A stretch of 64,000 nt of DNA from Chrysomallon squamiferum (GCA_012295275.1 CM022676.1:5952001-6016000); one strand, 5' to 3'; numbered from the stretch's first letter, positions 13,599 through 26,111 are shown. A program made the numbers and translations. The notes: generated by a model from the letters alone, not told the origin.

Positions 13599-14519
13599 AT
13601 TGGGTATGTGTGTACAAGACAGAAAAGAGAGAAAACCTAATCAATTCTAGTTACAAATCAATTTATTACAGGTAAAAATTAATACATTATAGGTAATAAA
13701 TAATGAAAAATAATAATAACAACTAAAAAAAAAATTATTTTTAATAAATGCAGTTACTGAAAACATATCGTGTTATCAAGTCTAGTTAAAGATTAATATA
13801 TATGTTTGTATGTATGTGTATATATATATATATATATAAACTTCAATTAATTATGTTATTGAAAACCTGTCAACTCACCTGGCTGGGCAGGTCGTTACAG
13901 GTGCGTTGGGGCTTTGTCAGAACACCTGTATTACGGACAAATCACCTTTTCACACCTGTACATTGATCTGAGACCAGCTTTGACATTGTCTTTCTTCATC
14001 TCTCCTACTAGGGGCTCTTTCACAGCTCACTCACTACCCAGGACTCCTCGGCTCCTTCAGAATTCTGCTCCTACAGCAGAACTACCTTTTATATAGGGTC
14101 ATGAACTGTACATGTTTAAAAATGTGTCGAGATTTTAGTAAAAAGAGATTTTCTCTTGTTCGGAGTTAATATATATTTTTTTTTCTTGTTGGACATTGTC
14201 AATGAAATTCAGTATATGTGTTGTTTTTTTAGGGGCTGGAGCATTTTTTGGGGTTTCATTTTTCAACATAATTATTTGTTTTCTGGTCATGGTATTCGAA
14301 TTATTTTTAGTGGGATGTGAATTTGAAATTTAGCAGAGCATTTCTGGAGTTAATTTTTCAAGATCAATATATATATATTTTTTATTTCTGTCATATATAA
14401 TTTTTCATTAATTTGAAATCACTTACAAAACTTTACATAACAATATTGCTGATTGTAATGGATAAATATCATTTATTAAAATATTAGGTTTGTAATATAT
14501 TTGTTTATGAAAACTTGGT

Positions 14520-14714
14520 TGCTAGATATAACTTGATACTTCTTGATATTACTTAACGTAATTTAATATTTTGATTTCTTTACAAAAATATTACTTGACA
14601 TACATGAACACATTTGATATAAACTGAATAATGCTTGATATATTTAATATTACTTGATATTACTTGATGCAATGATAAAATTCAATATTGCTTGATCAAT
14701 TTTAATATAGCTTG

Positions 14715-14753
<39 letters not shown>

Positions 14754-14975
14754 ATTACTTTTTATCACTTAATCCAAAATGATGTAGATAGATATTAAAT
14801 TTGATACAAAAATATATAATTTAATATTATTTAATACAACCTTTAAATAAGTTGTCAGAACTGGTCAAATGTATGTAACTTGAGACAACTTTATATGATT
14901 TAAATCAACTTGATATCACTTGACAAAACATCATACAATTCAGCATTACTTGATGGAACTTGATTTGACTTGACA
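14520..14975. repeat. Degenerate ~10-bp repeat (ACTTGATATT) with an embedded (TA)n
   Basis: Many ACTTGA/GCTTGA copies. Confidence 0.7.
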
Positions 14976-15703
14976 ATTATTCAGTCAGTGATGTTAATTT
15001 GTTTTTTTTTTCTGTTTTGTCCTGCAACTTAACTCTGTTAATCGCAATCTTCAACCTTTGAAAAGGTGAAGCTCAGGTCATCCATTTTTTATTTTATTTT
15101 TTTTTATTTTATCTCTAGCCCCTGTCAAACTGAAAACATTCGGGGTTTTTTTTGTTAACGGAAAATGTTGTTGTTGTTTTTTTTCTTTCTGTCTGTCTGT
15201 CTTCAAGACTATTGTTCAGAGAGTTTTCTAACAGGTGCTTACAGTTTATCAGGATTAAGAATCGTTAGAAAGGAGTTTGTTGATAAATTACTCTGTTTGT
15301 TTTCTCCTGTTTCTTTTTTCTATTTTTTTTTTTTTTTTTAAGTTTGTGTGTATTAAAAAGATAAAAGAAAAATAAACACAGAGTTGAGATGTTTTGAAAT
15401 CTTTGTTTGTCTTTCATCTCTCTTTCTCCCTACCCCTCTCTCTATCTCTCTTATTCTTACTCTTTCTGTCTTCTTTTTCTCCTCTCTCTTTCTATCTCTC
15501 TCTTCTCACTTCTCTGTTTCTTTGTCTTTCTTTCTTGTTCTTTCTTTCTTTATCCTATAATGTTCAGTTTTCATCCTCTCTCTCCCCTTTTTCAATTTCT
15601 CTTATTTTTTCATCTTTTACTCTCTCTCAATCTGTCTGTCTGCCCATCTCTCTCCCCTGTGTTTTACTCTTTGTGTCTCACACACACACACACACACACA
15701 CAC

Positions 15704-15737
<34 letters not shown>

Positions 15738-18386
15738 GTACATTTAATGAACAAAACCAACAGACACCCACGCGCTGGTTTGTACAAATGTCAGAAAGCT
15801 GCAAGATATCCATAGATACCTCACACCTGTTTATCTACCCCATTCTTTACAGTCCTGTTTTTTTTTTTTTCATCACAGTTTCACACCTATTTAAACTGTC
15901 ATCTAGATCAAACTTTAGACCACATTCTTAAAGCATCAACCAAACTGTGGATCTACGACAGTTTACAAACCAGCAGATCAAATAAGTACCCATCATAATT
16001 CTTAACCACTAACAATAATAATAAAGTGCCCATCACGTTTCTTAAGCCATCAGGGACTATAAGTGCCCACCACCCATTAGAGAGCTCGACAAAGAGGAGG
16101 TAATGTGTGTTGGGAAGTGTTATTTTTTTAAGTATAGGAAGGCATAAAGTGAGTTTTGTATGTACGTGTTAAAGTAAATATTGTGTTACTTAATGTTGTT
16201 GTGTCTGGAAGATTGTTCAGTGCATTTAAATTATAGTAATAGATTTTTAATTTGTGACTAGTTTCAATAAGTTAAATGTAATGTCTTCATAAGTTATCAT
16301 TGTTAAATGATTTAGGTTAAAAACAACAACAAATTAGTATATTTTATTAACTGGGTGTTGTTTTTTTAAAATATTTTTTAACATTTTAATTGCTGTATGT
16401 TTTTTATAATGAAAGAGTTTGTGAAAGAGAGAAAAATGGAGAGAAAATAGGAAGTTAGAGAAAGAAAGAATGAATACCTTTACATATCACATCGTCTTCA
16501 AATAAATTATATTTCCTTTCAATAAATAAATAAATAAATACAAATTTAAAAAAACGGAAATACAGAAATAATTACATTCGTCTTAAAACTATGACAATCA
16601 TTTCTTGTATTTCTCTTCAATTTTTCTTCTCTCTTTTTTCTTCTTCTTCCAAACCCTTTCTTCTGAGGCAACAAAGATGACACCAATTTGCTCACCATTT
16701 CTGTCTTGTCAAGTTCAAAAGAAAAACGGACAAGATAGAGAGCTTCAATGCACTGAATGCTTTTTTTTTTGTTGTTTTCTTTCGTAACATAAATCTTTTC
16801 TTTCTTTTTCTTCTTCTTCGTTCTTTTTTTTTTTTTTTCTTTCTTTTTCTTTTTTTTTTATAAATTTTTTCATTAGTCATGGAATGCGTTAGTCAGTATT
16901 GCCCTATTTGGATTTTTTTATTTTTTTTTTATTTTTTATAGGAGTAGAAATAAATGATTTAATTATTTGAAGAAGTAACATTTGTTAATGCGCATATATA
17001 TATATATACACATAAACATACTCACACACACACACACACACATTACAATACTTATATCCATTCATACAAATACCTTACACAAACATACTCACACACACAC
17101 ACACACACACACTGTTACAGACACAGATACACACACAATATATATATATATAAAGCTACATCAGAAGTAAATATGACATTACTTTTTTGCCTGGCACTTC
17201 AAAACTAATTAACAATCTTGATGTGTCACTTCGAACAGGGAGGGGTCTAGACCACACCTTGAACCACCCTGAGTACCACATTGTTTACATTCTTATTATT
17301 CTTTTTTTTTTTTCCCGTTTCATTCTTTTATCTTCTTCTTTTTTTTTTTTTTTTTTGTATTTTATTATCATTATTATTATTCTTTCTTTTTTTATCTTTT
17401 TTTTTATTTTTTTTTATAGATTCTATCTTGCTTAGATACAAACACTGATAAAAAAAAAAAATAAACTTTAATATTTGTTACAAAAAAATTTCTTTTTTTG
17501 ATAATAATAATAAAAAAAAAAAAAAATGTAATTACAGTCTTTTGTGAAAGAACAGTTTCCCCTTTATGTTAAAATGTGTTTGTAATGGTCTCTGATTTAA
17601 CAAAAAAAGAAGAAGAATAACAAAACATCATTACATGAAAGAAAAAAAAAAAAAAACTGATAATATTATCTATAAAACCCATCCACATTACTGCATCGCT
17701 CTTCAGTGAACGAACACCAATCTTAGGGATTCAAAATGAATGCAGTCGTTTATTAAGTTCACAAAAGCGCCGCTGCTGAATCCACTGCTCCTAAAAGGCG
17801 ATGATGATGATGATGATGTTGTTGATGATGTTATCAGCTGTGTGTAAACATTTCTGCTTGTCACGGCTTTGAGAAAAGAGAAAAAAGAAAAAAAAGAAGA
17901 AGATCTACATCAGATAAACCATGACTAGGCTAATGGTAAATGTAATACGTAATTACTGTTTATTGAAAAACCTTCACAAAGGAAATCTGTTTCGGCCACG
18001 GCAGGGAGCTCGGTTCAAATCCCATTCATGACATGTTTCTTTATTTTTCTCCTGGTATTGAGAAATGACAGCCGTAATCCGGTTAAATTTTTTTTCTCTT
18101 TTGTGGGTTTTAAACGAGATAAACAAGGTAATTTGTGTAGGATGTATTGTTATGTTAAAAAGAAAAAGAGATGATTGCTTGTACTACTGTCAGAATGGTT
18201 TAAGTTTGAGGATTTTGAATGAAAATGTTGCATGATGACTTGAAGTAACTGACATCGTTTGAAATGTTTTCATTTTTGAAGTTGCTATGATTGCTCTCTC
18301 TCTCTCTTCTCTCTCTCTTCTCTGTGTCTCTCTTTCTCTTTGTCTCTCTTTCTCTCTGCTTCTCATTTTCTATCTTCTCTTTTTCT

Positions 18387-18429
<43 letters not shown>

Positions 18430-18767
18430 GCTCTTTATATCCTGTTTTGCTCTCTGATTCTCACTCTCTCAACTTCCCTCTTTATCTTTCTCTCAGTCTT
18501 CTATCTTATTTTCTCCCAAGCCCTCTCTCAATCTTTCACTCTCTCTGCCTCTCACATCCATCTCATAACCTTTCTCACCATTTTCAAATTTCATTTTCTT
18601 TTCACTTTAAATGACACATCATCACCTACCACCAAAATAAACTTTTAACAGTCTCACTTTCGATCATCTGTTTCAAAAATATAACAATAACAATAACAAT
18701 AAATAAATAAATATTTAAATAAAAGAATAACAAGACAATGAACCAGAGTTCAAATGCAAATGTCGAA

Positions 18768-18800
<33 letters not shown>

Positions 18801-19374
18801 ATAATACTAAAAAAAGACTTTAAACAGAAACATTTGTAAAAATCATCACCTTGAAAATTTTACACCGTGGCGTTTTCTCACAATGAAACAGCGAGAGTTC
18901 CCACCCCTAATAAAGGGTCCCTGCAGGCCCCGAAATGACAGGTGACCACAGGAGCTGGGGGGGGGAAGAACAGATCAAAAGGTGAAGACGTACCCCTCAG
19001 GTGTTTTTGTTGGTCGTTAACACTTTCAGGTGTGAAGAGAAACAAAGGTGGGGGTTTGGTTACCTTTGATGTTTTTAAAACAGTTATGATTAGGGCTGAC
19101 GAGGGTCAACTCTGCAGGTAAAAAAAAAATAATCAGTCAGGTGAAAGTGGATGATGCGATTTCACGGGGTGAATGGAGAGGGGGGAGGGTGGAAGGGGAG
19201 GGTGTTGCAGTCGTTTTTACGATTATTTTTAGTTTCAGTTTATTTTTATTGTTTTTCTGAAGTGTTTATCGATGTTTTATTGTTATTGTTTACTTTTTAG
19301 TCATCTGTTTATTTTCTTTTTAAACTAATTTAACAAAAGGATTGTTTGTTTAAAAATGGTTTATTTTTGTACAA

Positions 19375-19955
19375 TTTTGTTCCTTTCAGACAAAAGCAAG
19401 AGCTATTTTTTATCCTTATTTATCTATATTCTGATTAAAAAGCCAAAAAAATCAACATTCATTCTTCACCCATTAATGTAGTGCAACATGTGTTTTACCA
19501 AATAGTTTTACAAAGAAACTTATATCACCACATAAGTTGTTCCTTTCAAACAACAGCAAGAGTTATTTTTTCATCTTCATTCCAATTCAGGATCCAAAAG
19601 TTCACATTAATCTTCACCTAGTAATAAGTGCAATATCTATCTATTAAATGTTTTTTTTTTTAAACTATTATCAACACATATGTTGTTCTTTTAATTGAAC
19701 AGCAAAACCTATTTTTATGTTCATTCTTATTACAGATGTAAAAATCAACATCATCTCTCCATTTATTAATAAAGTCATTATAGTGCAACATCTATTTATA
19801 AATAAATATTTTTATAAACTATAATCAACACATAGGTTGTTCTTTTCACTCAACATCCAGACCTATTCTGTTGTTCGTTCTGATTAAAGATGTAAAAATC
19901 AACAGCAATTCTTCGTCCACTGATAATTAACTTAATGCGACATCTATTTACCATT
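19375..19955. repeat. Minisatellite, 4 copies of a ~150 bp unit
   Basis: TTGTTC(C/T)TTT...AAAATCAACA...AGTGCAACAT recurs. Confidence 0.8.
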
Positions 19956-20376
19956 AGTGTTTGAATACCTATTGAAGCATTTCCCGATTAATATGACAGA
20001 TATGTGACGCGCGTCAAATATGTGACATTTACTTTGTCTTTGAAATCACGAGCAAAGCTTAGAGAGAGAGAGACATTTAATTTACCAAGTTAATTGGAAA
20101 TAGTTATCTATTTTACGACCATTAAAAAAATAATAATAACTTATATGGATTTTGTGCCAAACATTTTTATATGCTCTGTCTAATTCCTTTCATGAAATGA
20201 CAGCAACATCGGCACTGTGGTGTACCGATAACAAGCAACTACAGTGCAGTCATCTGCATCGTTGGACCGAACAGTTGGTCTAATCTGCCGACACAATATA
20301 TGTTTTTTTTTTTATTTATTTATTTAATTTACTGAACAAAACAATAAAATATTCATTTGATAATGATAAATCAATA

Positions 20377-20592
20377 TCGGGTGGTTTGGGCCATTCCGTT
20401 CACGGTTGAGCGGTCACGGCGAACGGACCGTGGCGAGTTGGGACAGTCGCTGAAGCGTTGCTGTTTTATTCTGGCAGTGTCCATGATCAGCTGGACATGG
20501 TCTGAAAAGGGTGGGCAGGCGATCAGAAGTCCAGCAGGTCCTCGATGAAGCTGGTCATTGTGTTTCGCTTGGTTAGTTCTTTCGGGTCCGTG
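20377..20592. promoter_or_regulatory. CpG/GC-rich island; possible + strand first (5'UTR) exon or promoter with donor TTG|GTTAGT at 20571/20572
   Basis: Among the densest CpG clusters in a CpG-poor window, 2.0 kb upstream of the start-codon exon. It can alternatively be read as a - strand terminal exon (see findings). Confidence 0.4.
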
Positions 20593-20801
20593 TTAAGTGT
20601 GTGTGTGTGATGTGTGTGTCCAGTCACTTGGAAAGAGCTTGTGACAATCAGTTGATTGTTAGTGTACATCTGTCTGTCAGCAGTGCATTGTGGGATGTAT
20701 AATCAATAGATTCAGGGTGGGTTTGGGGAGATACAAAATATGTTCTTAGTAGGCTGGGAGATATTAAATATATACACTTACATATATAAATACACATAAC
20801 A

Positions 20802-20913
<112 letters not shown>

Positions 20914-21099
20914 TTCACACAATTGCACCTACATATTAATTTTTTTCCTTTTACTAATTGTGTCTCCAAACCTATTTAAAATGCAGCATACCATATTGTA
21001 ATGAGAACATCGTTAAATAATTAATTTTGTCTCTTATTAATTAATTGTAAAGGAATTTCCTTTTGCATCTTTGCATAGTCTTTGCCATTCAAAAGATAG

Positions 21100-21420
21100 A
21101 ATATATGTTATATTATCAAACTAGATGATTGTAATATTAAAAAGAGCAAACCATTAAATAAAAAAAAAAATCCATCATTCTGCTATTTGCATAGCAAATA
21201 TGATGGAAAGTAATTTATGTTATCAAACTATACGACTGTAAATCAAAAAACAAAAAAATGTTGAGTACACAATTAAATAAAAGATTATTTTTTTGTATTT
21301 TTTTTTCCTTTCTTTTCACTATCTGTTCACAAAAATATGACAGAACATAATTCATGTTATCAGCCCATAAAACTGTATATCAAAAAGATGTTAACTAACA
21401 TCATTAAATAAAAATATTTT
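21100..21420. repeat. Three diverged ~110-135 bp units
   Basis: TTATCAAACTA...TGTAA...CATTAAATAAAA repeated. Confidence 0.6.
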
Positions 21421-21681
21421 TACTCCGTTATTATATTTTATCTCGATGTAATACACTCGATATCTCACGTCTTTAACGATCCATTCTGTGTATACCATTT
21501 CATCCAGCGCCGAGAACATTTTATTTCCCAGTATCTGCTTTCTCCATCAACCTATCCAGTTTATCTCTGTTCAGGACTTGCCTAATTGCCGGCACAATAT
21601 TTACACAGCGATGTTGCAACGTTGTGCAAGTCGTTTTACAGATGCACATCCTGCCGATGTGTTGAGCGATGTTGTCGCAGT

Positions 21682-21700
21682 GTCTGCCCCCTGGTGGCGA
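21682..21700 (-). promoter_or_regulatory. CTCF consensus binding site
   Basis: Minus strand TCGCCACCAGGGGGCAGAC; the core CCACCAGGGGGC matches the canonical CTCF motif exactly, in a very AT-rich background. Confidence 0.62.
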
Positions 21701-21854
21701 GATTACAGAGCGGGCAGGGGGGTGCCCGTGTTTTTCTCTGTCTGTGTGTTTGGTTTTCTGTGTGTGTGTCTGTGTGTCTGATAAGTTCATTTCGAGGCTG
21801 AGTAATTAGTGTGTGGTTTTTCATCACAGTGACAGTGTTTTGTGTTTTTTCTCT

Positions 21855-21876
21855 GTCTGTCTGTGTGTGTGTGAGA

Positions 21877-21907
<31 letters not shown>

Positions 21908-22135
21908 CGGAAAGAAAGTAACAGACAGAAGGAAAGGGAGAAAGAATTTGTGTGTGCATGTGTGAGAGAGAGAAAGAAAGAGAGAGGAACAAAGAGTTTG
22001 TGTGTTTGTGTGTGTGAGAGAGAGAAAGAGAGAGAGAGAGGAACAAAGAATTTGTGTGTGAGAGAGAGAGAGAGAGAAAGAAAGAGAGGAACAAAGAATT
22101 TGTGTGTGTGTGTGTGTGAGAGAGAGAGAGTATGC
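21855..22135. repeat. Compound (GT)n/(GA)n block with a repeated GGAACAAAGAATTTGTGTG unit
   Basis: Three to four copies of AAAGA(A/G)TTTGTGTG separated by GA runs. Confidence 0.85.
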
Positions 22136-22295
22136 ATGTATGTGAGAGTGTATGTGTGTATCTATGTTTGTGTGTTTCTGTATATATGTGTGTATGTCTA
22201 TCAATTTGCAATACATATACAAGCAAATTCATCTATCATGTGTTTGTGTATCTGTACATAACTTTCACAGCAAAACAAAGAAATTATTTTAATTT

Positions 22296-22367
<72 letters not shown>

Positions 22368-22575
22368 CAAAGCATTACAACTACATCTATTCTGTCAGTC
22401 CATGAATTCTTCACAACCACAGCAGAAACCAGAAAGAAACAAGCAGATCTGTAATTCTGCCACATAATAGACACTCATCTCATCACTCTCTATTTTTAAA
22501 CCACAGAAACAACTCTGATATTAAAATCGTTGACTTAACTCAGATGATTAATTTTTTTTTTTTCTTCTTCTTCAG

Positions 22576-22701
22576 ATTGTGGAGTTGTGTTGCCAATGGA
22601 TACGTAAATAGCATGAAGGATGAAAAACAATTGGAGGAGTACAAAGCCGATTGGCTGTCTACATCTTACGGTCCTCATATTTGTCTTCGTCTCAGTTCAA
22701 G
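22576..22701 (+). other. Internal exon (126 nt) carrying the probable translation start of a large-intron gene
   Basis: Strong acceptor TTTTTTTTTTTTCTTCTTCTTCAG|ATTGTG (AG at 22574-22575), strong donor CAAG|GTGAGC (GT at 22702), and complex sequence between T-rich flanks. Confidence 0.72.
22620..22701 (+). CDS. Partial CDS: probable signal peptide MKNNWRSTKPIGCLHLTVLIFVFVSVQ(G) of an unidentified secreted or membrane protein, followed by a phase-1 intron
   Basis: ATG at 22620 has A at -3 and in-frame upstream stops (TAA 22605, TGA 22614). The peptide has a basic n-region, a hydrophobic h-region (LHLTVLIFVFV) and a V-Q-G type end. An alternative open frame exists from ATG 22613 and ends in phase 2. 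Confidence 0.55.
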
Positions 22702-22723
22702 GTGAGCAATCTTTCATAAACAT

Positions 22724-22758
<35 letters not shown>

Positions 22759-23730
22759 AATTATGTGGTTTGGGTGTTTTGGTATTCAGTTTGTGCTGAA
22801 TAAAATAAAGACATTTTAGGGTTTTATTGTGCCTTTATTTTTCAGGATGGTTTATGTAATTAATTGAGTCTCTGGTTGGAATGGTAAATTGGTAATTGTT
22901 ATTCTTTAATATAATAAAATAATATATATATATTTATATTTAAATTAATTTTTCTTAATTATTTATTTGATAGTCAGTTCAAAAAATAAAATAAAAATAA
23001 TTAAAATCTGATAAATAAATTTAAAAAAAAGAGTTAAACAATTGTGTATATTACACGAAAGCTAATCATATTAAAAAAAATAATAACTAATAACAAAACC
23101 CTTTGATATATTAATAACGATAAACACTTATTTACTAACAAGAATAAAATCAAAACAATTTTAATATGTAAAATAACAATAAACACTTTTAACCATGCTG
23201 ATGAAAATAAAACAATTTTAAACGTTGCAAATAATACAAAATAAAAACTCTTAATAACAATAAACACTTAAACACTAATAACAGTTTTACAGATTTTTAA
23301 ATGTCAACACTAAAAGAAAATTGACCAATTTTCACTGTCACAGTTAAAAGCTAAAAACCCCAGGTCTCCCAATTATTAACAGCCTTTTTTTTTTTTATAA
23401 AACCTGTTACATTGTCCAGATTTTGGCTGGAAAAAAATCAGCTGTGTTTGGTTTGAATTAACCCTTGCTGTTTTGACAGATATTTTTATAGACATTTGTG
23501 ATAAACAAAGTGAGAAGAGAGAAACAGTTTTGTGTTACAGCTGTCCGGATAGAAATGCAAGAAATGTCGATTTTAAAATGTGTGTGTGTCTGTGTGTGTG
23601 TGTGTGTGTTGATGGGGGGGTTACGGTAGAATAAGAATTAGGGGTTGGGTCGTCGGGGTGTGGGGTGGATGTAGGGGGTTAATGAATAGAAAACTGTTAT
23701 GTTTAGTGATGAGGTTAGAAAATTCTTTAA

Positions 23731-23768
<38 letters not shown>

Positions 23769-24284
23769 GAGGGGGGGAGGGGGAGGAGACCGAGAGAGAA
23801 AGAGAGAGAGAGACAGAGAGAAAGAGAGGGAGTGAGAGGACTGTGTGAGAGAGAGAGAGAGAGATTGTGTGTGTGTGTACAACTCTTGATGTTGCTTTTG
23901 ACTTTTTTTTTAAAAGGTTATAGTTTAAGAGGTCAGTACTACTTAGCAAATTGTTATTTATTTAATTTAATGACATTTAAAATAATTTAACCTTGACACT
24001 TACACTAATGTGTGTATATGTTGTGTGTGTGTGGAGAGTGAGGGAGGGAGAGAGAAAAAGAGAGAGAATAGTGAGTATCACAGAGAAAAAGAAACAGAAA
24101 TAACTTTATCAAAGAATTAAAAAAAAATTGTTTTGGAAACCTAAGTGAATTTTAATACTGGTATTTATTTATTACTGTTAGGACATAACACATAAATACT
24201 TGTTTTACAAAATCAAAATTGAAATTAAACAATTACCCATCATTCCTCAGCTGGTAATGTAGCTCTCTCTATATAATATTGTTA

Positions 24285-24580
24285 CAGACTTTATCAAGTC
24301 TAGGAAAACATTAGAGAATGACCTGACACTATTATCACAGCTGACACTCTAACTACTAGACCAACCTGGACATAAATTATTAAAAAGACATTAGCAAGTC
24401 TAGGAAATCACAGACACATTAATACTCAGACACTCTAACTATTGAGCCATACATAAAAAAAATTAACGGAGACTTTGGCAAGTCTAGGAAAACATAGACA
24501 CATGAATACTCAACGGACACTCTAACTACTGAGCCACACATAATTTTTTTAACGGAGACTTTGGCAAGTCTAGGAAAACA
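24285..24580. repeat. Minisatellite, 4 copies of a ~85-100 bp unit
   Basis: CAAGTCTAGGAAA at about 24295, 24395, 24479 and 24565; GACACTCTAACTA three times. Confidence 0.85.
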
Positions 24581-25350
24581 GAAAAAACAACAACAGGGGC
24601 TTGACACCATCACCATTCCCAGCAATGCGTTGGTTTAGAACTGCTAGTGAATTGGATGTCACTAATTTTAATTGCTGAATCAACTGAAGGCAGGGGGAGA
24701 CATTATGTAACAAGCGGTAAAGAAAACAGTACATTGATTTGAAAGTCAACTGACGCTGGTTGGAAACACTGCAAACAGTTGTTAAGAAAACAGCCGTCCA
24801 TTTGGTTAAGCAAATTGAACCACACAAGGAAGACAGCATCTTGAAGTGGTTGCTGGAGAGTTTGACACTGCTGCTGCTGTAGTTGTAGTAATATTGTTAC
24901 TTTTCTCACACCATTGTGTAACCGAATTACCCTGTCTTGTATTCATAGTCTGAAAGTAACTTCAGAGATGTTTTTGTAATGATGGACCTTTTGGTTCATT
25001 TTTTTATTGACAAAAATATTTTCTGACCATTTAATGGTTGTTAGATGTCGAAGATGATTTATAATAAAATATATTTTTGTAATTAATTTTAATGGCTTGA
25101 AGGGAAATTGGTTGTTACCAGAAGAGTTTTGTCAGTTGCTTTACAAGATATATATGTGTAAATGTGTCTTCTGCTGTATGTGAATGCACATAATGTTTGA
25201 TATGCCAATCTCCCTGTTGATCTATTTTATATCCTCTTTTTCATGCCTTTTTCTCTTTGACTCATATATTTTTCTCTTTTTAATCTTTCTTTTTATCTTT
25301 TTTTATCTCTTTCTTTTTATCCCTTTGATATGTTGTCTTTCTCTCTTTCT

Positions 25351-25427
<77 letters not shown>

Positions 25428-25499
25428 ATCCTCTCATCACAAAAACTTACATTTTAATAACTAGCAGCAAATCTGCATCTATCTCTAACAAGTATATCA

Positions 25500-25552
<53 letters not shown>

Positions 25553-26111
25553 TCTCTCCCATCTCTCTCCCCCATCTCATATCCTCTCATCAAAAAAAAC
25601 AACAACATACATTTTAATAACTAACTAACACGGTTTCCAATCAACAACTCTGGGACAGAGAGCACCTATATCATACCAGCGATACCTAACAGCCGGTAGT
25701 GTGGTATGGTATGGTATGGTATGGTATGGTACACACACAACCGACAGAGCTGTTACACTCACTGCTACACACCATAAAACATCTCCACACCCCCAGACAA
25801 TGGTTAATTTACTGGTCTCCCATTCTCCATATACAACTCACTGTTAATGAAAAGGAATACCCTTGGGTTTCACTTCGGGGCCGTGGACGGTAATGGAGGT
25901 GAAAATACATATCTTCGGTTTATCAGGTGAGCTGACTTGCCCCCCCACACTCTCGGGAGATATGCTTGTAGCCGTGGAAACATTAACAGCCGAATCAGCT
26001 GTCCTCGAGGTTAATTGGAGAAAATGATGTCTGCTTATCTCCCCGCTGAAAACACATTAATGTCCTGTGTAGCAGTTGATGGTCATTTCACAAACAAGTG
26101 AGAGTCACTGT

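Noticed and set aside
17995-18035. GGTTCAAATCCC B-box as part of a tRNA gene
   Set aside because: No acceptor stem or D-arm can be formed; at most a SINE-head remnant.
20212-20247. Small hairpin GCACTGTGGT...ACTACAGTGC
   Set aside because: 10-bp stem with a large loop; too short for a pre-miRNA and no known RNA family recognised.
20472-20500. TGGCAGTGTC..TCAGCTGG resembling miR-34
   Set aside because: It has an insertion relative to the mature miRNA and no complementary star arm downstream.
20523-20558. Minus-strand micro-ORF MTSFIEDLLDF* with GC-ending codons
   Set aside because: Only 11 codons, no known peptide motif, and it overlaps a putative branch point; it cannot be supported.
21521-21690. 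Minus-strand Cys-rich frame GRHCDNIAQHIGRMCICKTTC... with CCACCAG acceptor and AG|GCAAGT GC-donor
   Set aside because: The apparent acceptor is the CTCF core motif, all three frames give similarly arbitrary peptides, and no family is recognisable.
24703-24909. Minus-strand ORF MRKVTILLQLQQQQ...
   Set aside because: Non-ATG start, (CAG)n-derived, and no exon boundaries.
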